A stretch of DNA of 64,000 bases from Euprymna scolopes (Eukaryota): NCBI GenBank assembly GCA_053919585.1, contig CM132820.1; one strand, given 5' to 3'. Positions 48,658-62,499 of the stretch are shown here, piece after piece. How positions within the stretch are numbered: position 1 is the first letter of the stretch; the number at the start of each line of letters is the position of its first letter. The translations under genes were made by a program, and so were the position numbers. The notes beneath the pieces are model-generated. The model saw nothing but the letters and a program-made list of their open reading frames with translations. It did not search any database and was not told the origin of the DNA.

Positions 48658-51221
48658 AAAAGGGCGCCAAAACAAAACTTCCTTTTTTCAACCGGAGTCC
48701 TGCGTTCTCCAGTGCGCACCAGACGCCCCTTTTTCCCTCACTGACCATGCGTGTCCACCTCCGATTTACAGCCACTTTCATTAATCTCCACAGGTGTGAG
48801 CGTAATAGTACACAGTGGAGTCACCAGTATAATGATAAGAGGTGAGTGTAATGGTTAATATGTGTGATAACGAGGAATGGCCGATCCTCGTCAATGCTAG
48901 CGTCATATCAGCGACGTGCACATGGATAAAAATCACTCACACCCCACCATTAACAAAAATAATAAAAGTATCAGATCCACCATAATGGCGAAAACGAATT
49001 TTAACATTTATAATGAGGGCTATTCAACAATGAAATGAATCATTTTGTTTTATTTTGTGTTTGATATACGTGTGCGGTGTCGACAGGCAAGAGAAAGATT
49101 TAGTTATAAAATGATTTACAAGATGTGCATATTATGATACGTATTCCGTTCCTTCCTAAAAAAACAAAAACAAAAAAAAACACTGACAAATAACTAAACA
49201 GGGGGTATGTTATGATACGAAACTAACACCAACTACATACAAACAAACTTAGTACGAAACTAATTATAGCTTTACTCTCTATGTAATTATCCTGAATAAA
49301 ACACGCGTGTTCCGTTCCCTCATAAACCGTCTTCGTCTATGTTCTTCACCCTATGTATCACATCAGTGTATAGTTCTTAGAAATAAATCCTTGGAAATAA
49401 ATATTAGATTTTTAGAATCACTCATAGTTGTGAGGACATAATGTATATTTCTTACATAGAGTCAGACAGAATTTGAGTAAAAACTCTACCAAAAAATAAA
49501 AGAGAAAACCTCTTCTGACTGAGGAAATCATGTTTTCTGTAGAGAAAAATGTTTCCTCTTTTTTAAACAAAGGGGATTAAAATTTGTTAAATTTGTTAGT
49601 TCAGAATTTGATAATTTTGCTCTATTTTGTGTCCGATGTGACAAAAGGTTATTTCTCGGGGGGGGGGGTTAATCCAGTGAGATTTGAGCGTTAATATTAG
49701 CTGCAAAAACTTTTTTTTTTTCTTTTGTGTTTGCACCATATGCTTAGTCTGGGACCAAACTCCCCAGACCTTTGGCTGTCAGCTTTCAGGGAGAAAACAG
49801 ACAAAGAGGAAAAGACACGCGACGTCATGCTGGTGGTTTAACGTCACACACAAAGATTCAGTCGAATGTCGATCATACTGCATCCGCAATTGATTGGGAT
49901 TTCACATGCAGCAGTGTCTTTTATACGTTTTTCGGTGGCTCCCAGCGAAGGTTGTCAGAAACAGATTATAGAAAAGTAATTTCTTTCAGCGTTGATTGGA
50001 TATAAAGTGGGCATCCTGCCACGTTGTATTATCTTGTAATACGTCGTGTGCAGAGGCACTGTTTTAGTTTTTACTTCTACAAAATTTGCGTGGGTGCATA
50101 CGATAAATGTTCGCGTAACTGAAATGTTCCTTATCCATCCATTTTAATGTCCCTGACGTATCGCTACGCCCTCATAACTGCATTTGCTGCTGCTGAATTT
50201 AGTGCATATTACCAGTTCTGCAGTCGACAGCTACGCCCAGAGAAAATGGTAGACAAGCTTTTTGTTGGCCTTTAAACTATGTGCTTCTTCACCTAGGATA
50301 GAAACAATGAGTGCAAAACACATGTTAACACAAACGCAAATTGTAACAGCTGATAATGAAGACCCTGTAGAATTCACCGTAACCTCGACCAGAAGAACGC
50401 CTTCCGAATCAAAGGCATGTAGTGATGGTGGAAATTAGCGTGCTGCAGATGCATTAGCCCTAACTAAAATGCAAAGGACCATTTATAGAATCATCAAGAG
50501 AGACTAAGAAACTGCCCTCCATGAAAGTACATGTAGATGAACAAGAGTGCATATGCACAGCAGCATCGATGAAATCTGTATTCTCCCAGACTCTGGCGAG
50601 TAAAGCTTTGTCGCTTTAGAAAACAGAAGTCAACAGGAGGGCTCTCGGAAAGACATTGGATTACTAAGGATATGGCAGAATAAAGGTGGAGGTTGGCCAA
50701 TTTCCGACTATCGAGATCGAGGATTTACAGGGTAAAACAATAACATTGTCGCCCTTGCATTATGTATAAAGGAAATTTACTGCAGACTTACTTTTTTGGA
50801 ACTTCCTGCTAGTCCGGGGTAGGGTCTTCTGGTAATGGTGTTCTTGGAATAAAACTTATGTAAACATTCTCTGATGTCTAACTTCTTCCTTTTACCTGTT
50901 GTAAAGGCATCATGATCTCTCCTTTTTTTCAAGAAAAAGTAATCTCATCTTCTATTTTTCCAATAGATGTCATGCTAAAAGTTCAGTACATAAAGTGCAC
51001 CAGGAACACAGTGAGACATCTACTATAACACGATCAGCCGGTCACTGACATGTGATCGGCTTCACATGTTATCTAAATAAATAAAATAAAAACTAATATT
51101 GAAACAGATTAGTAAATGTGTCAACAAATTCACCATTCTCACACAACTATTTTGTATCTAGAAATGTAAACAAAAAATAAAAAAGAAGAAAGGAAGGAAG
51201 GAAGGAAAAGGGACGGATAGA

Positions 51222-51252
<31 letters not shown>

Positions 51253-51694
51253 CTTTGCTTTACTGCAATTGTTCTTATGTTTGTCAATGGGTTAAAGTTG
51301 TTTAGTTATAAGAAAATGGCGATAGTATAGTTGTAATCAAGAATAGTTGCAAAACACCCCCACTCTTCCCAAGTTAAATAATAATTTCGAAATAATAACG
51401 TTAATATTTCAGTGCGCAGGTCAAAATCTGCAAAAGAAGCGATTTGTGTTTATTTGTTTACGTTGTTATGAGTTAAGGTTTATGCACGCATGCACAACCG
51501 GATGTTGTAAACCGGAAAGTGAGTTATATCACTCGTTACAAGATCATTGGAGTTTTATAAGTATATAGATGAGGACAAAAAAAGCAAGTCTCATTTTGAC
51601 ATTTTAATAAACAAACTTTATTTGTCATTTTCGTTAATAGATTTGGTAGAAGAGAAACAAATTAGTAAAAGAGTTCAGTGTTCATACGCGCACA

Positions 51695-52890
51695 TGTTAT
51701 AGTAGTTGTTGTATACATACATCATTATGTATGTGATTTATATAAGCAAATTTTATCTATTTTTGTAGTCTGACAATAAAATAAGTTTGTCTTACCGTGC
51801 AGATACTTATTTAATATCATTATGAATGAGTAGTAATCAGGATTCCTGTGGATGAGATATGAGGAAGGAGATTGACTCCGAGTAGTTTAAAACACGTTTT
51901 ATTTCCAGAATGCCATCTTACCGGAAGCCCTAGCTACCGGAAGTGTCCTCAACTATCAACCCGCAGTAAATGTCTTTTGTATATGTATGTATATATATAC
52001 AGCTATAACATCCCCCTCCCAAGGTCCTTTTCTATTGAAATGCCAGTTCACCTATATATATAATCTTGCATCCATCTAGGTTGATGTATTGGTCATCCTA
52101 ACCTTGATCAAACTCCTAACTCTGGAGTTGCTGGGTTTGGTGCTCCTTATCTTGGTTGATGAACTTGCTTGGGTAAACCAAATATTGTGTCAGGGTAAGG
52201 TTGTGCTGCTGGTATCTTTGAACGAGGTACTAGTAATAGATCTCGGCAGTTTCGGTGTACAGTTCTGCCAATATCTATCAGTACCAAGTATGACCTTGGT
52301 TGAGAGCAGTATTCAATCACTTTGCCTATTCTGAACCAAGTTTTTCCATCATGTACTCTGATGTGTTCCCCTATCTTTAGTGAAGGCAGCACATGGTTAT
52401 TGCAAGATATGGATCGTTTCCAGTCTAGAAACATTTATGCAGTGTTTTCTTCACTGTTTGAATGGTTCTCTCGACTAGTCCATTAGATTGTGCGTATTCT
52501 GGACTGCTAGTTATATGGAAAAAATTCCATTTTGTAGCAAATTCCTTGTATTGTTGAGCCTTTAATTGGGGGCCATTATCGGATATTACCTGTTTGGATA
52601 TATCATGGCTCGAGAAGATATGTTTTGTACAGGTTATTACTGTTGATGCAGTTGTATTAGTGAGATAGCTGAATACAAAAAATTTTGAGTGGTAATCCAC
52701 TACCATGAGGTAATCTTTACCCCGCAGCCTGAAGAGGCCTGTATCAACCTTATACCATGGTTGTTCAGGAATGCTATGCCATATTTCTGGCTCTGAACTT
52801 TGTCGATTGCTATAGCGTTGACATGAATCGCAATTTTTTTGTCATGTCCTTTGTTTGTTCATGTTTGGCCAAAAAAGAGACTGCCTTGCC
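51695..52890 (-). mobile_element. Gypsy 3' fragment: integrase core, PPT and canonical 316-bp LTR (51695-52010)
   Basis: VVDYHSKF...ISDNGPQ...SSPEYAQSNGLVERTIQTVK; PPT GGGAGGGGGA; LTR termini TGTTATAG...CTATAACA. Confidence 0.88.
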
Positions 52891-54460
52891 AAAGACCTCA
52901 AAGACATTTGAGTAATATGCTGTTTGTGATGTAATGCCAGAGATTCGGAGTTACTCATCAAAGAATGAGCGAACAGACATTGTGTTTGATGTCTTCAAGC
53001 CTTCAAGCCTCGAGTCTGAAACGAGATCAAAGCGAGGCAATGGAACTCGGCATAGAGTGACAGAAAAAATAAAACTGCCACCCATCCGGTCCAGTTTTCT
53101 GAGAGACAGTGACAATAAGACAGAACTTGTGGAGTATCTAGCAGACAAAATTTTATTCATGTGTCCCGGCAATGTCGTAGTTGTGACCAAAGGAAAGGTC
53201 TTGTAAAACAAATCTATCAACTCTGAAGGTCTAAAACCTTGCAATCATGAAGAAGCTGACTCCAGGATTTTCACACACGCAATTCATGCAGCCACACAGA
53301 AAACAAATTCCGTGTTGATCAAGGCATATGACACAGACATTGTCATAGCAGTTGGTGTCTTTTCGAGTTTCAGAATGTTGGCTTAGAAATACTTTGGCTA
53401 GTATTCGGCCATGGACAGTCTGTTAGATGGTTCCCAGTTCAGGACTTCGCGATGAACCTCGGCCAAGAGAAATGTAGTGGTATGCTCTTCTTTCATGCCT
53501 TCACTGGTTTGGACGTGGTTTCGACCTTTCGAGGTAGAGAGAAGAAAACTGCATGCAGTCATGGGCAGTTTGTCCTGAAGTCGGACCAATGTTCAGCAAA
53601 CTAAGTCAGTACCCACCTACCATAGAAGATGGTGATCTCAAAATTTTCGAGAAATTTGTTGACTGTTTATGACAAACACAGCAACACTACCAAAGTTGAT
53701 TAGGCAAGACTGCATTTGTTTGCTTGGAAGCAAAGACCCTATGACCCCATTCCACCAACTAATGCATCTCTCATTCTTTGACGATCTGCATTCTAAGCTG
53801 CCTGCATATGAAGCCAGTCAACAGAAAGTAAAATGCAACATGAAAGTCCTGGCAACTTGGGCTGGCAAAAAAGGTAAAACCTGCAAAGTTCTCTGGTCAA
53901 CTCTCCAACCCATTGCTCAGTCCTGCTAGCAGCTGACAAAATGAATAATGAATGACAAAATGAATGACAAAACAGGTGAATATCGGGAACCATGCAAATG
54001 TGATCCCTACGCCCTGAAACGCACACTAATGTGTAGCTGTAAATGCAAAGAGTAAAACAATGTCCAGGTTAAATTCAAGCAAGTCACTTCAGTCTGTTAT
54101 GGCATATTGTGCTTCTGTCACAGCAAGTTGAGATACCACATCGGTAACTTCACCGGGAGAGTGCTAATTCATAATTGTCACTATATCTAACGCTTAATAA
54201 TAGTGAAATTTTGGTTGCAGCATTCGATTCCACGTGTCAGAAAACATATATTTTGATGTGCAGATTATCAAAATGTCATTACTTTGACAATATTTTGTGC
54301 AAATACTATTTCGTACTGGTACGAATTACGACCATCCTGAAAAATGGCGGCCATTTTGACTAACGTGCTTTTCTGAAAGAAGGAGTTCTGAAGCACCTGT
54401 GTGCCAATTTTGGTGCTTGTATTAACAAGTGAAAGATTGTTTCAGCAATCTGCCCAACTA
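52890..54460 (+). mobile_element. AcademX-type DNA transposon 3' fragment (XPG/FEN-like nuclease, Cys-rich tail, right end)
   Basis: DIVFDVF...SFLRDSDNKTEL, CNHEEADSRIFTHA, DTDIV, FFHAFTGLDVVS, PCKC...CSCKC*; terminus ...ATCTGCCCAACTA. Confidence 0.7.
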
Positions 54461-57400
54461 TGGGCAGGAAAGCTTTGCAAGTTTTTTTATTTTCAGAAAT
54501 TTAACTACACTTATATTAATTTTCAGAGTTTTCATCTTCGCATTTTTGTCGATTTCCAATGATTACTGCTTTCTTGCTTCATGCTTTCACTTATCTTAAT
54601 TGAATTTGTTGTTTTCTTTGACTAATCTACTCTACTGTGGTCTATTAAAAGCAATCCTAAACGCCGAGGGCGATTTGAGTGGTAGAGAGGGATAAATTAT
54701 AAGATTTTCTGTATGCTACAGACAAATTTGGATCCAAATACCCCTAAAACCCCCGAAAAACTCCTCGCAAAATTTAATTTCTTAAGTAAATATCCCATAA
54801 GTAATATCCATGAACACAATTTTAATGAGAAAAGAAAATAGATCAATTCCAAGCACACAGAATATCATTTTCTACAGAAATCACCAATATTTCTTCATTT
54901 AACCTCCTCGCCATGTATTGACATTTTTCAGAAATTATTTTCAAATTTGACTCATGGTACTAATTAACACCAAAAATAAGACTGCACTCATGAATTTGGA
55001 CATAGCCACTATTTTCGACTTCATACAATCTATCCTTATATTACGTCTCTTATCGGATTGGAATTTTCCCGCCATAGCTCCACAGATAGTATTCTTCGAA
55101 ACATGCTTCTGAATCAAGATGTCTGTTCAAATGTAAGCACCATAATAAATGCTTCCAGTTTCCTAATCTCTGTTTTTTCGTATAGAAAATGTAACGTTTG
55201 TATGTTCCATTTCTTTTTGCTGTTGCATATTTACCGAACGCCTGAATTATTTTATTTGAATTCTCTCATCTTTAGAAGTAAACATTTGAACAGATAATAC
55301 ATATTCAATGTGTTAATTCACAATGTACAATGCAAAAACTCCGTTTTTATTGTATCGGCTATTTCGCCAGATATTTCATAATTGCATAATTATGATATCT
55401 CAGCATTGAAATTTTAATAACTTATTTTCGACACATTGAAAAATTAACGGCCTTATGCCAGCTACATGTTTTCGTATCTCTTATATGCTGGGTCCCAACA
55501 TTTTTCTTCATGCACTACAAATTTAGAACAAGTATAATAAAGTGTTACTTATTTGCGTTTACTTTTCAAAATATACTTTGCATATTCTCTTTCTCGCTTG
55601 AAAATCATTTGAGCCCATCTCTGCCATTATGATTCGTTATTGAAGAATAGGAAGGTTTATTGTACTGTCAATCTTGTGATGCTGCTTATTCGATATACTT
55701 ACCTCCATTTTTCATGGTGATGAATTTTTCCTTGTATTTCGAAATAGACTAATATGATTGTGTTAGAAAATATTTTTGGACCAATCAACAGTCACTTGGT
55801 GTTGATAGGCTGTACAACAAAATTCTTTGTTGGTACTGTCTTGGTCCCAAGGATATTTTATGAAATTGTAACCACATCATTTCTCCTAACATAAGATTTT
55901 CCTTTTTACTGAGGATTTTGTCCTTTAGTGTGCAGTTTATATCTGTCTTTGTTATATATAGAAAAGTCTAGTTGGGTGGAGGATCTCAACTTCCTTTTAA
56001 GACTGGTTGTCGTGATATCTCGAGAAGTCAAGGCGAGACATGTTAAGTTCTCTGTTTTCTCTCTTGGGGATGAATGTGTTTGTAGGACTCTGCCAAAACG
56101 TTATAAGTGGCTGTTAATGTACAATCTGCACATTGTACATTAACAGTCACTTATAATGTTTTGGCACAAAAGTATTGTCGTTTATGTTTCAATCGATAAA
56201 ATATGAGCTGTCCATTGCGTTGGAGTATTCTTTTCACCCTTGTTCTGTAGAACATGAAAGCGTAATATGGAGGCTATTCCAACATGTTTCCATTTACTAA
56301 GACAGAATGTAAAAACTAGATGGCAAATGCAAATGAACACTGTAAAATGTTGAGAGCGTGTTTATTGCCTCAAGAGTACAAAAGGAAATATCAGAATAAA
56401 AAGGTGATGGTACTAGAAAATGTCATGATTAGCAGGAAAAGATTTTGAAATGTCTTTTGATGGTGGGCAGAAGGGATAGGTTTAGTGACGTCTCTGAAAC
56501 TTGACTAGCAGGAAAACATTGAGTCATTACAGGAATTTTGTCGCAATATTCTCAACAACCTTGTCCATTTCATTTGGCATTAAGAATGACTATAATATAT
56601 TTTTCTAAGACATTTCCTACATAAGTAACCCAGGCATGCTGGTATGAAGTATGGATCTTAATTTTTTTGTTATATAAAAATGAGCACGATTATACATGTT
56701 TTAAGTAGTATTTATTCAAGGCAGGTTACAACAGCTGCCACCAAAGAATGACATTTCTAGTTAATATAGTATTCATAATCAGTCACAAGTCTCATTTTAT
56801 GGGATGTGAAATATCTCAAACCACATTCGTTACAATCGTCTAATATAGCCTATAGAAATTTATTAGCTGATTCTTGATTTAGTATCATATGAATGTTTGA
56901 TATATAATGTTGGATAGTACAAAATGTTACTTGCAGATGAAAAAAAATCACAAAAGGCAATGTTGAAAATGCAAACATTCAAAACAATTTATTTACTTGC
57001 GTTTACAAGTGGTTGGAATTATTTATGCAAATTTATTTTATTTATGTCACTAGTTAGATCACCATCTTAAATCTCAGCTGGGTGTCTAGAAAAGAATCAA
57101 ATGAATTTTAATATTTACATTTGAAAAATAAGTCTTTCATGTTGATACGGTATTCAAACTTTTGTCTCCATTCATTTTCAGACTGTAAGTTTTAATTTCT
57201 TATATTTAACTCAATAACAGTAGGCACTAGTGAAAGGAAACAAATATATAATTGCATGAAAACTATTCATTTAGAATGCCATGTAAACAACATGAAAATT
57301 ATTTTTCCACCAATTTCCTAATTTTGGATGCTTGAATATACATTTTATAAAGAATGATTTTCACTCTAAGATTTCGTGTTTCCTTATAGTAAATGGTCGA

Positions 57401-58986
57401 AATGCATGAAACACACACACGCATATAAACTTATGAAAATATATATATGGCAATTAAGCTACACAGAACATTCCGCATTTCATTCTTAGGAGAATTTGTC
57501 AGGTTTAAAATGTATGTACATATGTAACAAATAACGTTTGTGTAATAAACAGACTATATATACATATAGAAACAACATGGAGAAAAACATTTATACGATC
57601 TTTTGCATTAATAAATGTTCCTACTGAAGGACCCTTAAACTCAATATTTACTTGAAGTAATAATCAGATTTATATTTCTGTTACAGTTCACTATTCTAGT
57701 GTAGTTATTTTTGTTGACCAGAATAATTTTATTTGGCTTAATTTAATGCTAAAAATGCATATTACAATATTAATCTTAACATATTCTAACATTAACACAA
57801 TTTACCTTAGGAATTGTTTTGAAATTTCTATGGCTCATTATAAAACTTTACGAAAAATATGAATAATTATCCATTGTAACTTTAAATTAAGTTCATTAAA
57901 AGTAAATGAATGCATGTCTAAAGCATATACCTACTCTAACGCTTGCATACTTCCATTTAGTGTTATCATATAGAATGGCTTAACACATCAAAGAATTATC
58001 AACGAAATATTCTATATGTTGAAGTTATATTTTAACAAGGTATCAAAAAATTAAATTTTCAGATACCTTGTTAAATTATAACAGCAATACAAATTTATTT
58101 ATATCTATTTTATTACTTTTTTCGTCATATCTTATTTCAGTCGTTTTAATCATATAACTCTATCTTAATTGCGAATATAGAAAATGTACAATCCAGTAAA
58201 TACAACAAACAGCCAGCACATATAATAGTACTGTTTAGTAACACTGGTAATTTTGTTATACTTTACTTTTTGAATATGAAGTCACCTATATTTTTTATAA
58301 AGATAAAATCTACTTGCATGTGAAACAACCACAGATTTATGAAAAATGTTTGTTCTCGCTCTTTTTTTTCAATTTTACTTATCATTTTGTTTTTTCTTTA
58401 GAATTGTGATGGTCAATTTCTGAGACACCCATACTTAAATCTTCTTTACTCTGAGAAAATAATCCCTCAGAAGACACAAGTTTGTGTAAGGTATTATGTA
58501 GGGTGTAAAAATCTTTCTTGTTTTAATATCAATTTTGTTAGAATACTTTTCAGACCAGTCAATTATACTAAACTATATGAGTGGCATGGTTAGTTATTTT
58601 TGGTCAGTGGCCTTTAGAATGTGTTTGCCTGAACTTTTTTTTTTAAAAAAAAGAATACCAACTTATTTAAGAAGTATATATCTTTTCTACCATTTATGTT
58701 TACATGACAGATTAGCATTGATTTTTATCTTATTTTATTTGAGGGCAAAGAATTCATTGAGCTTTCTAATGGAAAAAACACTTGATTTTATTATAATCAA
58801 AAATTAATGTGCAAAATTCCTTTGTAGATACATCGTTTTCTTTTATAAGTAATTGTGCCAAATTATTGTTAAAGATGTTTTCTACAGTTATCCCAATAAC
58901 AAGTTTTATAATGTTTATCTTTTTTATGGACATGTTCAAATATATCAGACTAAAGATATTTGTGAGTAGTAAAATATCCTTACACT

Positions 58987-60603
58987 TCATATAGTTAAAT
59001 TTTCCATATGTGTTTGCATGTGATGCAACAAAGCTATCTTCGATGTAAAAGAAGATCCACACAGTTCACAACAATGTACTTCTTCTTTTGTATGGGTTTG
59101 CATATGCTCCAACATATGTCGCCTTTGTGTAAAAAAATAACCACATACGTCACAAGAATATCGTTTTTCTCCAGTATGTTTTTGCACATGACGGAACAAA
59201 CTTACCTTTCGTTTAAAAGCAGTATCACATAATTCACAAGCAAACGGTTTTTCTCCTGTATGTTTCCGCATATGTTGCGACAAGTGTGACTTCTGTGTAA
59301 AAGAAGAACCACATACTTCACAAGAATGAGGTTTTTCTCCAGTATGTTTCCGCATATGCTGTGACAAAGTTGACTTTTGTGTAAAAGAAGAACCACAAAC
59401 TTTACAAGAATGTGGTTTTTCTCCTGTATGTGTTCGCATATGCAGCAACAAATGTTGCTTCCGTGTAAAAGAAGCACCACATACTTCACACGAATGTGGT
59501 TTTTCTCCAGTATGTTTCCACATATGCTGCAAGAGAGTTGCCTTCTGTGCAAAAGCAGATCCACATACTTCACAAGAATATGGTTTTTCTCCAGTATGTT
59601 TTCGCATATGCTGCAACAAAGTTGACTTCTGTGTAAAGGAAAAACCACATACTTCACAAGGATGTTGTTTTTCTCCAGTATGTTTCTGCATATGCTGCAA
59701 GAAATTTGACTTTTGTGTAAAAGAAGCACCACATACTTCACAAGAATGTGGTTTTTCCCCAGTATGCGTCCGCATATGTAGCAACAAATTGTGTTTCCTT
59801 GGAAAAGAAGAACCACATATTTCACAAGAATATGGTTTTTCTCCAGTATGTTTTCGCATATGCTGCAACAAATGATTCTTTTGTGTAAAACAAGAACCGC
59901 ATACCTCACAAGAATGTGGTTTTTCTCCAGTATGTTTTCGCATATGCTGCAGCAAAGTTCCTTTCTGTGTAAAAGAAGAACCACATACTTCACAAGAATG
60001 GGGTTTTTCTCCTGTATGTAGTACCATATGTTTCGACAAAGTTGCCTTATGTGTAAAAGAAGACCCACACTCTTTACAAGAATGTGGTTTTTCTCCTGTA
60101 TGTGTTCTCATATGCTGCATTAAAGTTGACTGATGTGCAAAAGCAGAGCCACATATTTCACAAGAATGTGGTTTTTCTCCCGTATGTGTTCGTATATGTT
60201 GGGACAAATGGGCTTTCTGTCTAAAAGAAGAATCACATAGTCCACAAGAAAATGGTTTTTCTCCAGTGTGTGTTCGCATATGCTGAGTCAATGTTGCCTT
60301 CTGTGTAAAAAAAGAACCACATACTTCACAAGAATATGGTTTTTCTCCTGTATGTGTTCTCATATGCTCCAACAAATGAATCTTTTGTGTAAAAGAAGAA
60401 CCGCATGTTTCACAAGAATGTGGTTTTTCTCCAGTATGTTTCCACATATGTTTCAACAAAAGAGCCTTACATTTGAAAGATAAACAGCATATTTTACAAG
60501 AAGGCAGTTTTTTTCTTGTATGTGTTTTCGTATGTCGCAACAAATTTGATTTTCGTGTAAAGGAATGACCACATATATTACAAGGATGCATTGTGTCTTT
60601 CAT
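58987..60603 (-). CDS. Tandem C2H2 zinc-finger protein ZNF-3 (19 fingers, 538 aa)
   Basis: Uninterrupted ORF of 28-aa units with TGEKP linkers; candidate acceptor TTTATATTTTCAG (CAG at 60803-60801). Confidence 0.9.
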   Translation of the reverse strand: MKDTMHPCNICGHSFTRKSNLLRHTKTHTRKKLPSCKICCLSFKCKALLLKHMWKHTGEKPHSCETCGSSFTQKIHLLEHMRTHTGEKPYSCEVCGSFFTQKATLTQHMRTHTGEKPFSCGLCDSSFRQKAHLSQHIRTHTGEKPHSCEICGSAFAHQSTLMQHMRTHTGEKPHSCKECGSSFTHKATLSKHMVLHTGEKPHSCEVCGSSFTQKGTLLQHMRKHTGEKPHSCEVCGSCFTQKNHLLQHMRKHTGEKPYSCEICGSSFPRKHNLLLHMRTHTGEKPHSCEVCGASFTQKSNFLQHMQKHTGEKQHPCEVCGFSFTQKSTLLQHMRKHTGEKPYSCEVCGSAFAQKATLLQHMWKHTGEKPHSCEVCGASFTRKQHLLLHMRTHTGEKPHSCKVCGSSFTQKSTLSQHMRKHTGEKPHSCEVCGSSFTQKSHLSQHMRKHTGEKPFACELCDTAFKRKVSLFRHVQKHTGEKRYSCDVCGYFFTQRRHMLEHMQTHTKEEVHCCELCGSSFTSKIALLHHMQTHMENLTI

Positions 60604-61184
60604 AAGTGTTTGCGTATGACACTATAAAGTTGATTTATGTGTAAAAGAAGAACAATGTACTTCACAAAATGCAGTTCTACTGCTGTATATGTTTGCATAT
60701 GATACAATGTTTATTTCTGTGTAGATTTTTGAACGTTCTTTACAGATTTAATTAAAATCGCTTCAAATCAAATAGTTGATTTATTTTCGTTTTGCAGATT
60801 CTGAAAATATAAAGTAAATTTTAAAAGATACATTTCATATGGAACAATTGACGTGTTATGTAAATACTTATATAAAAATCACAAATTCATTAATGATTAA
60901 ATTCAAAATATAAGTACATTTTTATGCAATACTGGACTGTTAAAATGACTTCACTTTTCAAGTATTTTTCTAAGAATTCTTACTTAAAGAAATAAAGATG
61001 TAATATTTTTTTATGTAATATAAAATATAGAAATAATTTTTAGAGAGATTTTACATTGTGTTTGCATGACAGACTAACGTAATTTTTTCTTATTTTAATT
61101 TAGATAAAATAGATCATTGGGTTTCTCCATGTAAAAAACTTGATTTCATTATAATCAAAATTTATATCTGAAAGCCCTTTTTCC

Positions 61185-61890
61185 CTTGCATGTGAAACAA
61201 CAACCATATATTTGTAAAGAATGTTGGTTCCTGCTCTTTTTTCTGTACAATTTTCTTATCATTTTGTTTTGTTTAGAATGGTGATGGTAAATTTATGAGA
61301 CAACCATATTTCATCCTTCTTTTAATCTGGGGAAATAAACTCTCGAAAGAGACTAGTTTCTTGTATAGAAACCAGCCTCTTTCAAGAGTTTATTCTGTAG
61401 TGTAAAAATCTTTTTTGTTTTAGTGCAAAATCTGTTAGTGTACTTTTAAGTCGAGTCAATAGTGTCAAACTATATGATTTGCATAAGTTGTGCTTTATAA
61501 TGTTTGCATAAACTTGATTTTCCTGAAAAAGAATAGCAAAACATTTAACAAGTATATATCTTTTCGACCATATGTGTTTGCATGACAGACTAATATAGAC
61601 TTTACTTGTTTTACTTCAAGTAACAGAGATCATTGAGCTTCCCCATAGGAACAACACTTGCTTTCATTATAATTAAAAATTAATATTCTAAAGACCTTTG
61701 TAGAGATATAGTTTTTCTGTTATCTATACTTTGCTAAAGCTAGGTCTTCAAGAAATTGTGTCAAAAATGTTTTTCTTTGACCAGTTATCTATATAAAATC
61801 TGGTATAATGTTTATATCTTTCAAGGACAATTGAACGAATATTTTGGACTAAATATATTTGTGGGCACTAAATAATTTTTCTACTTCAGT
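61185..61890 (-). repeat. Diverged duplicate of the ZNF-3 3' flank (about 58314-58985)
   Basis: Collinear matches, e.g. TTGCATGTGAAACAA, TTATCATTTTGTTTT, AGTATATATCTTTTC, CATTGAGCTT, TAA(A)TATATTTGTG; extra partial copy at about 61056-61165. Confidence 0.85.
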
Positions 61891-62085
61891 TTTTTGTTTT
61901 CTATGTTTTTGTATGTGATGCAAAAAAGTTATCTTCCATGTAAGAGAAGAACCACATACTTCACAAGAATGTGGTTTCTCTTCCATATGGGTTCGCATAT
62001 GCTGCAACAAATTTTGTTTTCAATATATGATGCAATACATGCATTCCTTTGCAATAGAACCACATACTTAACAAGAGTGGATTTT
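61890..62085 (-). pseudogene. C2H2 zinc-finger gene remnant ZNF-4 (last one or two fingers only)
   Basis: [37 protein letters not shown], preceded by a broken finger. Confidence 0.8.
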
Positions 62086-62499
62086 CTGTTATTTCTCTTA
62101 TCAACTTGTCCAAACTGGAAATGGTGCATTCTAGGAATGCCAAACATTCACCCGCTAACTCACATACTCCAACCGAGTAATTTTTTCTACATTTTCGACC
62201 ATCCCTTTAAGTGCAATTATCTGAATCTCTTTTGAACTTGGTTCATGTGGTATATGTTTTGGGTAGTTAACACTCCTATATCCATGGACAATGTGGATAT
62301 GTCTGGCTTATATAATGCCATACAATTCTACCTTCAAACAGAAAGTATATTCATAGTTTAACTGCTCGCAGTGAACCACACAACACTTTTACCTGATAAT
62401 TGCTACCCCTTACACCGGAGCACAAGATTGGCAATGAAAGGATTTCAATAAATAATCCATCCACAAGGATTTTTTTAGATAAAATGGACAACTTTTATT

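Noticed and set aside
48300-50900. Less AT-rich region with short repeats and small ORFs
   Set aside because: No recognisable domain, termini or TSD; left unannotated.
55780-56500. Faint integrase-like (HLGVDRLY) and Penelope-like RT traces
   Set aside because: Too fragmentary to support without a profile search.
59202-60068. Long alternative-frame ORF (288 aa, repeating [12 protein letters not shown]) and similar ORFs at 12953-13417, 13529-13873 and 37383-37721, plus antisense ORFs over the ZNF genes
   Set aside because: Predictable shadows of the 84-bp finger repeat and its codon usage; no independent evidence of coding function.
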